Shown piece after piece: positions 25,986 to 38,037 of a stretch of 64,000 nt of DNA (position 1 is its first letter; each line of letters opens with the position of its first letter). The notes beneath the pieces are model-generated. The model was not told the origin of the DNA. It did not search any database and saw nothing but the letters and a program-made list of their open reading frames with translations. The position numbers were made by a program, and so were the translations under genes. Origin of the DNA: Botryllus schlosseri (taxonomy: Eukaryota); the NCBI GenBank assembly GCA_051294905.1, contig CM119371.1, positions 744,001 through 808,000 on the forward strand, in the 5' to 3' direction.

Positions 25986-26682
25986 ATTTGTCAATGTCAA
26001 TGGCCTAGAGTGCCCGATGTTTTCGATGTTGATCTCATTGAATCCGCGGTCCTTTATACTACTTCTTTTCCAGTCATTGTGAGTGCTTTCTTTCGTGGGG
26101 TCTTTTTCTGGGCTTGCTGGGCGCTTATCGTAACCACTACACTGTCTTGCCCGCATAGGAGTGAACACACTAGAATTCACTTGTTCGACACTAACGTGGG
26201 AACAGGGTCCAACTACGACCCAACTGAATTCGCCGGTCTACATTCTGATTCATTAACTTTTATGATCGCCGACCCCTTCAACTTTACTTGCGCGTAATCG
26301 TAATATCGCTCGGCCTCTCGACCCTTTTAGATTGATTTAAAGCCCTCGAGGGACGTCTTTTCATTATTATTTTTTAGTGATAGCAATAAAGCGTTCATCT
26401 TCAATTTCTCGATCAGCTCTTTCTCGATCAGCTCTCTCTGTCTCTCTAGATCAGCTGATCTCACTCCATGTTTGACACGAGATTTGGCAATCAATGTACG
26501 TGAGGCATTAGTGCCATCACACAGGTGAAAGGCCGGCGTCAAATCAATAGCACTCATCCAGATCGTTATTATAATTACTACATGTTCAATTTAGTTATTT
26601 TCCTGTGCACAATGTTAATACTGCAAAAGATGCGATGCGAATCATCAACATTTAAAAGAACTATATGGGGTATTCCCTAAAG

Positions 26683-28254
26683 CAGTGATTCCCAACCGGG
26701 GAGAAATTCCCCCCTTGGGGGGAATTTTGCAATTTTTAGGGAGGAATTCCACTTTAGAATTGTAAAGGATTTCCAAAAATGTTCATGTCCGAAATGTCAT
26801 GTTGGAAACCAGTTATATCAGAGCGTAGGCATATGCTCCTTATAGCAGTTTTTTGCTGAAAGTATGTTCAAATGCTATTTGAAATCTCTTTCACCCATAC
26901 AAGTTTGCCCTTGTTTTTTTAACTAGTTCAGCTGTGGTGCAGTTCGCAAGACAATTTTGTCCGCCAGCGACAGCCTATTAATCAAATATATTCTAAGCGA
27001 GCAAATTTCGTGCCGAATCTATCGCAACAAGGCCTCAAGCGAAAGTATTTATCTTATATTTTCATGTCAGGATTTTCATAAAGTGACCAAATATTCCAAT
27101 GTCATCGATTCAGGTCAAAGAGGTCGCTAGACTTGCTTTATTTTTAGTGAACAGCTACTCGATCGAAAAATGCATGTTAAACTTGTTGCAATGTTGCCGA
27201 AACCGAATGAGTGTCCTGAATTTCAATGAGCTCAAGCAGGAAATCTGATCACGTACATGTTATATATCAGTGCTGTAACCAAGTCATGAGGCTCCGAGTC
27301 CCATGTCAATTTCACTTTCATAGTTTTGACTCGAGTCAAGTCGAGTCATTTTCAATTCACCATTGAGTCAAGTCCGACGGTCCAAGTCACCGAGCATAGG
27401 GTCGATAGTCCGAGTTATGGTATTATGAGTGTATGACTCGAGTCCTAGTCCAATTCCTTGTTTTGACTGTTTCCAGTTAAAGTCTTATAAATTTCCCTTT
27501 TTATAACTCTGTTTGGTGATATTGAATGATTTTGATTTATAATATACTAATTTTCCTCACTTTGTGCAGTTTATTGTCGCATTCTCAAGTACCAGGAGCA
27601 ATAGACGAAATTCCAATAGGAAGGCCACTTTACTGTTCTTCGAAATTACAATAAAATGTCGGTATTGGCCGTCTTATAGTCCCGAGTCATATGGTTTGGT
27701 GAGTCATGTATACAATGACTCCAAGTCGAGTCAATACACAGAGTGTCTCTACCGAGTAGGGTCGTTTCCCTATTTTGAGAAAATGACTCGAGTCAAGTCG
27801 AGTCATCAGAAAATGCTGACTCGAGTCCGTCTCGAGTGTGGTCAATCCTGCTATATATGAAAATACCAATATTATTGGCCAAATGCATACCCACACTTGA
27901 GAAGAAAAATCGCGAGACCAGCAAATTTATGCATACTGATTTTTCACAGCAGTTATATTAGCGATTGGTGCATGATAAGCCGAAAACACAAATTGAAGTA
28001 TGGGGGGTCTGTTGAGTCAAGCCTTCCAGAATTTGTTTGATTGGGACCAAGACAATTGTTTTTGGAGGTCTACAAGGTGTTGTTAAAGCCCTGCTAGAAA
28101 CAGACAATCCGTACATCCCGTCTTTTTCTTCGGCCAACAGGTGATTGCGTGGTAAAAAATGACCTTTTTTAATCATCGATTTCTCCTAAGGGGGGAATTT
28201 TGGCTCAAATTTCGGCCAAGGGAGGCATGAGATGAAAAAGGTTGGGAACCACTG
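26683..28254. mobile_element. hAT MITE containing a nested element
   Basis: TIRs CAGTG(A/G)TTCCCAACC; TSD CCCTAAAG/CCTTAAAG (7/8). Confidence 0.85.
27268..27850. mobile_element. Nested GACTCGAGTC-family hAT-like MITE
   Basis: Ends CAGTGCTGTAACC ... GGTCAATCCTG; TSD TTATATAT/CTATATAT (7/8). Confidence 0.75.
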
Positions 28255-29050
28255 CCTTAAAGCGAGACATGCCATCTCGACAATTAGTCAACTACTATGG
28301 TCGTACAGCTCAAAAGCTGCGGAAACATGTGTCTATGTCTAAAGTATAGAAAGTTTTCTCTGTTGTCTAGTGGGCAACCACCTTTTCTAAACAACTTACG
28401 TGTCAATTAACAACTTACATCTCAAGCATATTTGTTGATGGTGCAAAATCAAAAACATACACCGGTTTCGATACTTATGGTTTTACATTGACAATCATGC
28501 AGTAAAAAGTGAAAGGTTAATAACACCATTTTACAAGGAAGAGACGAATTTGCTTATCAATCTTCTTGGCTAGCGTGACGTGCACATTTATAATAAGAAT
28601 CTGTCCCGTGCTTTTCCGAGTTGTGAATTATACTATATTGGGATTTCACTTGTGAATTTCGATACCTTTCAGTGATAACACTGGCTGGCTGGCAGACTTC
28701 TGATGACCCACCTTGTAATTACATGTTTTTGAAATGCAGAGTCCCGTTGAAACTATCAACTGTATTTCGGCTATTGTGTTTCTTATGAAGGATATACGAC
28801 TTCATCGTTTTCTATATTCCAATTTACTGTCAAACATAATCGAATTTTACGGTAGAAGTCTATAATAGCATTCACCTCTATTACTGGTCTGTCAGGAGTT
28901 CTAGGCAAATTGTAAACAGTTACATACAAATCTTGCAGGAATATGACGTAGGATAAGTCATAGTAGAGGAGCTGCCGATATCACTACATATGATCAACTG
29001 CAACTACCATATGATCAGGACGGAATACAAGAAAACGCATTGCTCTATTA

Positions 29051-30110
29051 CAGGGGTGGGCAAACTTTTGAGCTCACGGGCCGCATTGAACATCTGAATC
29101 CATTCGCGGGCCGCACTATATAAAATGGGGATTATTAACCAAAACGCAATATTGATATTTGGTTATATAGTGAGGACATGGAGATAATATACGTAAGTGC
29201 TTATTTCAAACAAGCCATACATTGCTTTGATGATATCGTACACGCATCAGAAACATATAGTGACGAGATTTCATAGACTGGCAGACCTCAATAACCAATT
29301 TGTCGAAATTATAGAGATGAAAGTAAGTTGGCCCGATTCTTAGAACAGGATCGAAATTTAAATCTTTGAGCAGCGATCTGTACATAGATTTACTAATTCC
29401 ACTTTTAGTTCAGTTCCAGGACACACAATGCTGACAGCATCAAACCCATTAGGGTGGAGTAAAAATGACTTTTTTTTCAAATCAAAAAATGCCTTCCTCA
29501 ATCCTGACAAATGACCTAAAACTTCAATTAAAAATGACTTCAGGGTGTTTCCCCCATTTTTCTTCTGAAGAAAGTTTTCTCTATTGTGAATACAAAATGA
29601 GTTGCAGCCAAAAAACTATATATACGCACATTTTTGTTGAAATTCAGCATTTATTCTGACGAATTGTGATCTATTCTCTAAACCGATAGCAGACGATATA
29701 GATAATATAGAATTGTGATCTGTCATCAGTTTTTTTAAAGTAAAGTAACACAGTGGCAATACCGAATATTGGGCCCATATCACAAATATATTCACAACAC
29801 AGTCCTTTTAAAAGCGGTTCAAAACATCATAATGAAACATTCACATTGAACGACTTATATTAAAAATGCATTCTTTTGTCAAGTTTTTTCATCAGTTTAC
29901 GAGACTTAATTTTTCGGCGAATGAGGCCATCTCTGCCCCCCCCCCCCCCCCCCCCCCCGTTTGAGAACCACTGTCTTGGAATTATCATGGTGAAATATAC
30001 TCAGAAAAATCAAGTCGCATTTTATCAATATTTGAAAATAGTTTCTTTAGACCCTCGCGGGCCGCACAGAACGGTTTTGCGGGCCGCGGGCCGTAGTTTG
30101 CCCACCCCTG
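29051..30110. mobile_element. hAT MITE, same family as 1363-2349, opposite orientation
   Basis: CAGGGGTGGGCAAACT TIRs; TSD CTCTATTA/CTCTATCA (7/8). Confidence 0.85.
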
Positions 30111-30559
30111 CTCTATCAAGTATGCCGGACCCCAATCGTGGAACATCTCGCCGGCTATCAGACAGTCGTCGAGCATGTCCGTGTCCGTATTCAAGTCGAA
30201 ATACAAGCGATTTCATCTGAATGAAAACTAGCCAACCTCAAGTTCCAAGTCGTTTAGGCACCTTGCTATCTTTTCGTTGTATCGCAGTTTTTTGGTGTTT
30301 TGAAATGATGAAATAATAATAAAACTGATACTGACAATGATATCACTTCCGTTATATATTCAACACGCAACATGATTGCAAGGCAATGAAAAGGTACATC
30401 ACCCAAGGAATTGATGCTAGTAAGACAGAGCTGCCTGACAACTGCAAAAAGTTAGAAGTAGCCTACTTAATTACTGATCATATTACCATGCTTAATACAT
30501 TACTGATAGCTGCAATTTTTGAAGGTATTATCAGTTATTGTCATACTTATTTCACCTAG

Positions 30560-31760
30560 TTCATCATCATCATCATCGGTTTATTAGCAATTTTATCAGT
30601 TAAATACACCACAAAAATGCGACACAATGAAAAGAAAGGAAGATGTCGAAGCGACGGTTTCCAGTGAACCCGTCCCTCGGTGAACCCGTCCCTCGGTGAA
30701 CCCCGCCCTCGATGAACTCGACCCTCGGTGAATTCCGCCCTCGGGAAATTTTGGAATTAAGTGTATTAACAAGTAGGCCTTAATATGAATTATTAAACTA
30801 ATAATGTTATTATCAACTGATTTGTCGATCTTGTAAGGAGGTCAGGGCATGCGTAGATCACGCAGTCACGGAGTGATCAGATCACGTGATCACGATTGCG
30901 TGGTCGGCTCATTGTTGAATTGACTTGGCGAGGGGCGGACGTGCGACGTTCGACATCCTCGTATCTGTTCATGACATCGCATTGGATCTTATCGCATTGT
31001 ATATTGTGTGTGACTTGTTCAGATGAAAAATATATCCCAACGATTGTTATTGCTCACATATCAACCACGCGTGGTCTGCTCGTTATTGCATCTGTAGGTT
31101 GAGGTGGGGTGTTAGGGTTGGGTAGGGTAGGGGGAGACAATAGGGTTCGGAGAGTGGGACATTGGGTTCGGGTAGGATACTAGGGTTGGGGGATGGTGGG
31201 ATATTAGGGTTGGTGGAGGTGGGATATCAGGTTTAGGGTTAGGATTGCCGGAGGTGAGATATTAGGGTTGGGGGAGGGGGGATATTAGGGTTGGGGTAGG
31301 ATATTAGGGTTGCCGGAGGTGGGACATTAGGGTTGGGGTAGGATATTAGGGTGGGATATTAGGGTTGCCGGTGAATACAAAATTTCCCGAGGGCGGAATT
31401 CACCGAGGGCCGAGTTCATCGAGGGACGGGTTCACCGAGGGACGGGTTCACCGAGGGACGGGTTCACTGGTAATCGAAGCGACTAGGAGTTGTCTAATGT
31501 CTATGGAATCAGACACCAACCTTGGCCGAGGCGATGTAAAGAGGAGGCATGCACATTGAATAAAAGTAAAGAAAATAGTATAGAAAAAGGAAGCGACAAG
31601 AAATAGGGCGGCATGTCATGGGAAGCGAGATCGATAGGTCAGTCGTGGTCCGGTAATCTTGAGGATGGACTGTATTTATTAGTTGTCGTGACATACACCG
31701 ATAAAAGTGATTCGAATACATCCTCGACCCACTTCCTACTGAATAGGCATAGGTAGTTTT
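30560..31760 (-). mobile_element. LINE/SINE 3' end interrupted by a TIR element
   Basis: Tail at 30560-30655 and body at 31476-31760 rejoin to match the uninterrupted copy at 19352-19655. Confidence 0.7.
30656..31475. mobile_element. Foldback/Mutator-like non-autonomous element with about 105-bp modular TIRs and an internal TTAGGG-rich G-tract
   Basis: TIRs built of CCCTCGGTGAACCCGT subrepeats; 8-10-bp TSD (TC)GAAGCGAC; G-rich ATATTAGGGTTGGG minisatellite at about 31100-31370. Confidence 0.85.
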
Positions 31761-32730
31761 CGTTCCTTTCATGTTTTTTTCGTAAGATATACACTGACTC
31801 AAGTAGCTTAGCAATGACATGATACTGTTTCACACGATCTGTGCATGCGCAATTTTAACTGATTCAAATCGCTGACATTGATGAGAATTTGAGTAGAGGC
31901 GCACCATTCTGGCGTTTTCCAGTTCTCTTGCCATTGTTACGTTTATTGGTTTCAACCCAATAGCATTACTCGCGGGCTAGCAGGCCAGTCAATATCATTT
32001 CCGTGCAGAACAGTAAAATTGCACGATTGTTAAGGGCTATCTGGACCATCTCTGCCTTTTTGGATATCGTCTCGGCGAGGTGTTATTCTCTTTGGAACAT
32101 TGCATCACATTGCATTGCATTCAAATCGTTTTCGGTCTGCAAATAAACGAGGGGTCAACACTATATAGGCTCTGTTGCAGTTTGAAAGAAATATCGGTAT
32201 TTGCCATTGAAGGTAATGAATATCGCAAATTTTCATGGTATCGCAAATCACAGTAGTAGGATTCAGAGAATTATAATTTACAAAGGCTATACTGAGAATA
32301 TCGATCGATTTCTTATAGCTTTTAGGTCAAAGTGGTCACGTAGTCATTGTTGGTGCTCAAGTAGAAGTACGGTAATGTCGTACAATCTGGAGTAGAAGCA
32401 TATCATAATTTTCCGGGTATGATACGCCTCAACGTATAATACGCACCCTATATACAGCAGTCAAAAACAATCCAGTAAACTGGCTTGATCATGGCTTAAG
32501 GTTGAACTTAATCAGACTTGCAGCATCAATTTAATTCAGTAATTTCATTCTCAAGTGAGGCAGGAACGAACGATCGATACTCCATGGAAACTCGCAAATC
32601 TTGTTTGATAGAAGCTGTAAGCCAATATGTTATCGGTGTCTCGTACGGACTATAGACTCTACTGAATACACACAGGTGTGAAGCAAGACGCTGGGAACCG
32701 TCTTGGCACACCAAACATATTACTCTAAAC

Positions 32731-34267
32731 CAGTGGTTCTTAACCTTTTTTCTTCCAGCGCCCCCTTTCAAAAATTAGCGTGCTCCAGCGCCCCCCAAAC
32801 CTCATATTGTAAGGAATGTAATAAAGACAATGAGTAAGAGGGAGGGCCGTAACAGCACTTCGTTAACCACCCTAAAAACGATTGCCTTGCGCACCGATAG
32901 CGTGATAAACCGAACTTCTGAGGGCTTCGCCCCCACGAACCCCATATCGTGATTTTGATGGTCAGCAAAGTTTGTGTGGCCTGGTCGCCCTAGGTACCAA
33001 AATTTTTCATAATGCATGAAGGAATAGGTGGTATTTACATATATAAGTCGCTATCAACTTTTAATCCTCTCAGTCAACGTTATCAGATTTACCAGTAGCA
33101 CTGAGTGAGCTGTTGTATAGGAAAATAAAGGGCACGTGATTAATAATTAAACATATTCGGACGTGCCCGCAGGTACAATTATTCGTTACCAGGGCCGTAA
33201 CAGCACTTCGTCACCCCCCCCCCCAAAACAAAAAACGTTGGTATGGGCCCCCACCGGGTGATAAACCAAACTTCTGGGGGACTTCACTCCCAGACCGCCA
33301 TTAGGCTGTCCGCTATTTGCTGATAGCCTATTAGGTAGCTACATTGGGTGTCCATTTAATAAGGCTGCTATTCTCGTCTATTCGCGCGAAGTGCGAAAAA
33401 TTTCACTAATTGATGATTGAATTGGTCAATATCATCGGGAATTGCATGTAAATTGAGATCAATTTTTATCCTCTCTCTGCTCCGTAAACAGATTTACCGG
33501 TAGAGCTGAGTGAGGTGCAATGATTCCTCTAAGCTGCGCACGTGCGCACTGCTGACACGGTCTCTGCACACAGAAAATCTACGTTGCGCACAACAAATCC
33601 GGAGTTATTACCTTTTTTAGACGTTATGCACTGTTGTCCGAGGGTCAGCACAGTGAATTGTTGAGTGTGCGCAGACTCATCAAAACTTAAAGCGAACATT
33701 GTGAGGTTTCTTTTAAACTGTACGGCCCGATTCTAATAAGTAAACATATTCGGGCGGGCGAACCCGTTGGTATGACTTCGTTGCATGACGTTATTTCGTG
33801 ACCCCCTGTCTGCAATAAAAAAAAATATAGAATCGCTCAACGGGGATATCGCCCAACAGGAATATCCCTGTCGCCCAATCGTACTAAACAAAAATACGCA
33901 CACGATTTCAGATTGGTATTTCTTCACTGACATATATTTTTCTCTTACAGATGGAATTCGTCTTCTGGGGTTCAGATTGCCAAGACAGGAACATTCGGTA
34001 TCAGTCATTTAGGCGCCCATGGACAATTAAACCTATATGTATTTTGAAGGCTATATGTAACGAAGTTTTCGGTGTTAATTTGCTCTGAATACTCATTAAG
34101 GATATGTCCTATCACCACATCATCTACTGCGAAGCCATTTTTCTCCAGCGCCCCCCATACCGCCCCCCTGAGCCCAGCGCCCCCCATATCGCCCCCCAGC
34201 GTTTCTGCCCCCTTTAAGATCGCCATCGCCCCCTAGGGGGCGCTGGGGGCAAGGTTAAGAACCACTG
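32731..34267. mobile_element. hAT MITE (CAGTGGTTCTTAACCTT TIRs)
   Basis: Perfect TSD CTCTAAAC; subterminal CAGCGCCCCC repeats; shares internal segments with 19781-21147. Confidence 0.9.
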
Positions 34268-34654
34268 CTCTAAACGTATCAGGATTCCATTTTCGGGCAT
34301 AAACACTTCTTCCTTGGCGAGAGCGATTTTCAGAGTACGGGGTTACCGGTATTGACTATCAAGCCATGTTACCATTTCAAAAGATTTCACATCACACCAA
34401 ACCTTTCGTAACAAACAGATGCAGCCAGAGGCCATCACAATTTCGAGTTGGTAACCTCTATTCCTATTGATATACCAAGACTGTACTACTGTATGTGAGC
34501 ATAGTAGAAGCGCGAAACGGTATGCCAATAAAGCACTGGTCTACAATCAATCAAAGCTTTACCCAGTAATATAAGTGAATCAGCCTGTACTCTGAAACAT
34601 ATTAGCTATATCTCCAACGTCCGATCGAATTAAAACTGATATTAGTACACTCAA

Positions 34655-37204
34655 CAGTGATGAGCGGATGTTGATTTTTGAGAATCCGAATCCGTCCGAC
34701 AGTTTTTGTGTCTGCGGAACTATCCGTCCGACTCCAAAGAATCTCATCCAACTATCCGACTTTATCCGGGAATCTCGTACAAGAATCCGAAAAATCCTTA
34801 CCGAATAATGATATCGCAGCATATCAATTGAACAGCTGAGCTTAGATACAGTTCTGCACTAAAAGATCACAAATTGTATCTATGGAATGAACAAAAAGAA
34901 ACAGAACAAAAATTGGAATTTTAATTATAGGAACGTTAACGCGTAGAAACAACGCTACTAATTTAAAGTTAGTGTGCAAATGAAAGTGGGGTCTCGGGTC
35001 AAAAGAAAATTAAAAATGACAGATTATTAGGCAATCAGGCATTTAACCAAATTACCCAATATCAAGAAGTAATAGTATCAAGTTGTAACCATGGAATTTT
35101 ACAAGCTCAGATGGTCAATATTGGATGCAGATAATCCACATTTTGTCCACAAATATGCTGCAACGTGTGAAGGCCCGTTCAGTAGAAACTTGCTGATGCT
35201 TATAATACCTTTGGCAAATCAGTTCAAAGTTTTGAGCACGACGCTTATAGTCGAGTCACACAAAACGTCAATAATAGCGCCATCCTGAATGTCCCTCTTT
35301 AGCTGTCCAAATTTCCTCTCCAGTGACTAATAGTAGGTCAGTAGTAGTCTTGTCGACTTGGTTATTGGAAGAGAAGAAACTTATCTTCAACTGTGCTGTA
35401 TCCTTGGCCTTTCGGATATGATTTCTAAGGTGCATTGGGCCACTTGAAAAGTTGTGGTGTTTCACTTGAACATAGCAATTATCGCATAGAGGCAGTGTCC
35501 CATAAATCAGGATGCAATCTCTCCATGCTTCACTCTTGCTGTGCTAGCACTCAAGACGTCGACTTTCCTCATTGATCCATTATTACGGAGAAACGAAACT
35601 CAGACAGCACGAGCAGTTTGACAACATTCGAGGTCTTCATATAATGCAAAGTAAACTGTACCGTACGCGGTACACTTCGAACAGTTGAAGGAGCTCCACT
35701 CAAGAGAAATGATGCATCCATAACGCACTGATCACCACTGCTTGGTGTTGACTTTCAAACTGTTAACATGATCTCTCGTTTAAATCATATAGGAAAGCAC
35801 CATACTAACGCTAAATTTTTTTTTCACAATTCGTAAACTGAAATCAAATTCATATGAACAGACCATTCGTTGAAAAAAAAAACTAACAGCTTTTGTTTAT
35901 ATGGCTCAGTGGTTCTAGATGATTGATTCCGTCAATCATATTGGAGAAAATATAGCTGCTGAAGGAAGGGTAGTGTAAGCACTTAAGCAGGAGTTGAATA
36001 GGTTTGGGTTTCGTTGTAAGTGTAATTCTGGATTTCATAGTCTTGCTATATGTTCTTAGTATACGTTAGTAAGGTTTGCATGTATCTTGAATGATTTCAA
36101 AGGGGACGATAGGCTACTGTATAGTCGAGGCATCGTTATAATAATTATCGTCATTTTATCTGTCTACATATCTTTTTATATAACTTTCTATATAATTTTC
36201 TGACTGCAGAAAGTTACTTGTATATGTTTGTATGCATATTCTTATTTGATTGGTCGGGCTACAAGTGTGTGGGTACTGTAGATGTTAACACGACGTGCCA
36301 AGCTGACGCAAAGTCCAAGTCCACACTGGGAATACCTTCTCACAATCACAAAATGGAGTTAATACATTGTTGAACGTCATTGGGATATATTCCGTTATGA
36401 TCATGAACTGCCGGAAGACACATGGTGGCTAAATATTGTGCCATAGCACAAGCACCGCTGTATAGTGCTGATTGAAAGGGTGTCATACAACTACTGTGGT
36501 AGTATGAAAATCAGTCATGCAACAAAGTACACAAAGAGGGATTTGTCTTATATTTATCTACAGAAGACTGCCACAACAACTACTTTGAGGATTCTGGAGA
36601 TTGTATGCCCTATTGTGACAGTCGTCAGCTATGGGTTCAAAAACTACATGTCAAGGTGGAAAGCAAATGCAGTTCTGCGACCGATGTTGAAACAAAACCT
36701 TCAATTTTGTGAACTTCAGAAACTGCTCTGCGAGAATACTGTACTGATGATAACTATGACAGGAGAGCTCATGTCTGATCATACCATCTTTTATCAGTTC
36801 ACATATTATAGATCGTTAGACTGGCAAGTAGGCCTATGGTATACTTGATGTGTTTTAGCAAATAAAGTATTGTCTACTCTTGAATGGTAAGAATGGTAGT
36901 GGCGATGGTTTATTTGTCTTTTTTTGGACTCTTGACAGACATTTTTAGACTGCTACCATTCATATCGCAAGGTGTCAGCTGTCTGTATTTGGTTAACTAT
37001 TGAATCGATGACTTTTTTCTATTGGCCTGTAATCAAATCTCACATCTAGTTACAACTATCCGGAAATATCCGTATGAAAAGGTACAGCTATCCAACAATA
37101 TCCGGAAAAAAATCTGCGATAATATCCGAATCCTATCCGACTGCCAAAAAATTGTCTAATATCCGGTCCAAATGCTATCCGAGTCCGTCCGATGCTCATC
37201 ACTG
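34655..37204 (-). mobile_element. Internally decayed hAT transposon
   Basis: TIRs CAGTGATGAGC, perfect TSD ACACTCAA, ATCCGA subterminal repeats. Frameshifted minus-strand remnant FAKGIISI..VSTERAFT..GLSASNIDHL at about 35090-35230 resembles the hAT dimerisation domain. Confidence 0.8.
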
Positions 37205-37689
37205 ACACTCAATCAGCTGATTTCATTCCATGTTTTGACTCAGAGCCATTCATGCACGTGAGACATTAGCTCCACCACGCGGAAAATCGAAAGGCGTTAA
37301 ATCGATAACATCATGCAGTTAGATATTACATTTCCTTCATAACCTATTTGTTTTTGTCATCTCTCCTAATTTTATTCTCACGTACATGTCGGTATCATCG
37401 GATAAGTCGATAAAGCGCACACTAGAATAGGGTGCGTATTATAAGCATTTAAAAGAACTATACTGCTAGAAAAGTTAGGAGCCATCGATGCATGACGTCC
37501 TTGGAAGCCGAGGAGACCGCTTGCCTAGTAACCACTGTATATATATCGTTTTGCACTTGCCCTAAGCCACGGGCGGGCAACTTGTCCGGTCAGTGAGCCG
37601 CAAATGGGAAAATTAGGCACTTGGCGGGCCAGATTACAGAATATATACAATTATATATTATACCATTTATCCACCGCTACAAGGAATCA

Positions 37690-38037
37690 ATTGTGTTTAA
37701 TACCAGCTATCCGACAGTCGTCGAGCATGTCCGCATTCAAGTCGAAATACAAGCAATTTCTCCTAAATTCATACTAGCCAGTCTTTGGTATTGCCGGACC
37801 ACGACCTAACATCGACCTCGCCACATGCCACCTCATTTTGTCGCTTGCGTCTTATATTCTCTGCATTACTTTTCAGTCAGTATGTCCATTCCTCTTATTT
37901 ACTTCGCCTAGGCTAAGGTTGGTGTCTGATCTTAATGGCTGCTCAAGTTGTTTCGACACCTTCCTATCTTCGCATTGTATCGCAGTCTTGTGATGTTTTG
38001 AAACGATGAAAATATTAATAAACCTGATTGATTGATG
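37690..38037 (+). mobile_element. LINE 3' end variant (also at about 30120-30330)
   Basis: Shared GACAGTCGTCGAGCATGTCCG...TTCAAGTCGAAATACAAGC segment, and AATAAAC followed by a TGAT tail. Confidence 0.55.

Noticed and set aside
31100-31370. True telomere or chromosome-fusion scar
   Set aside because: The TTAGGG hexamers are interspersed in longer units and enclosed within TIRs and a TSD, not a pure array.
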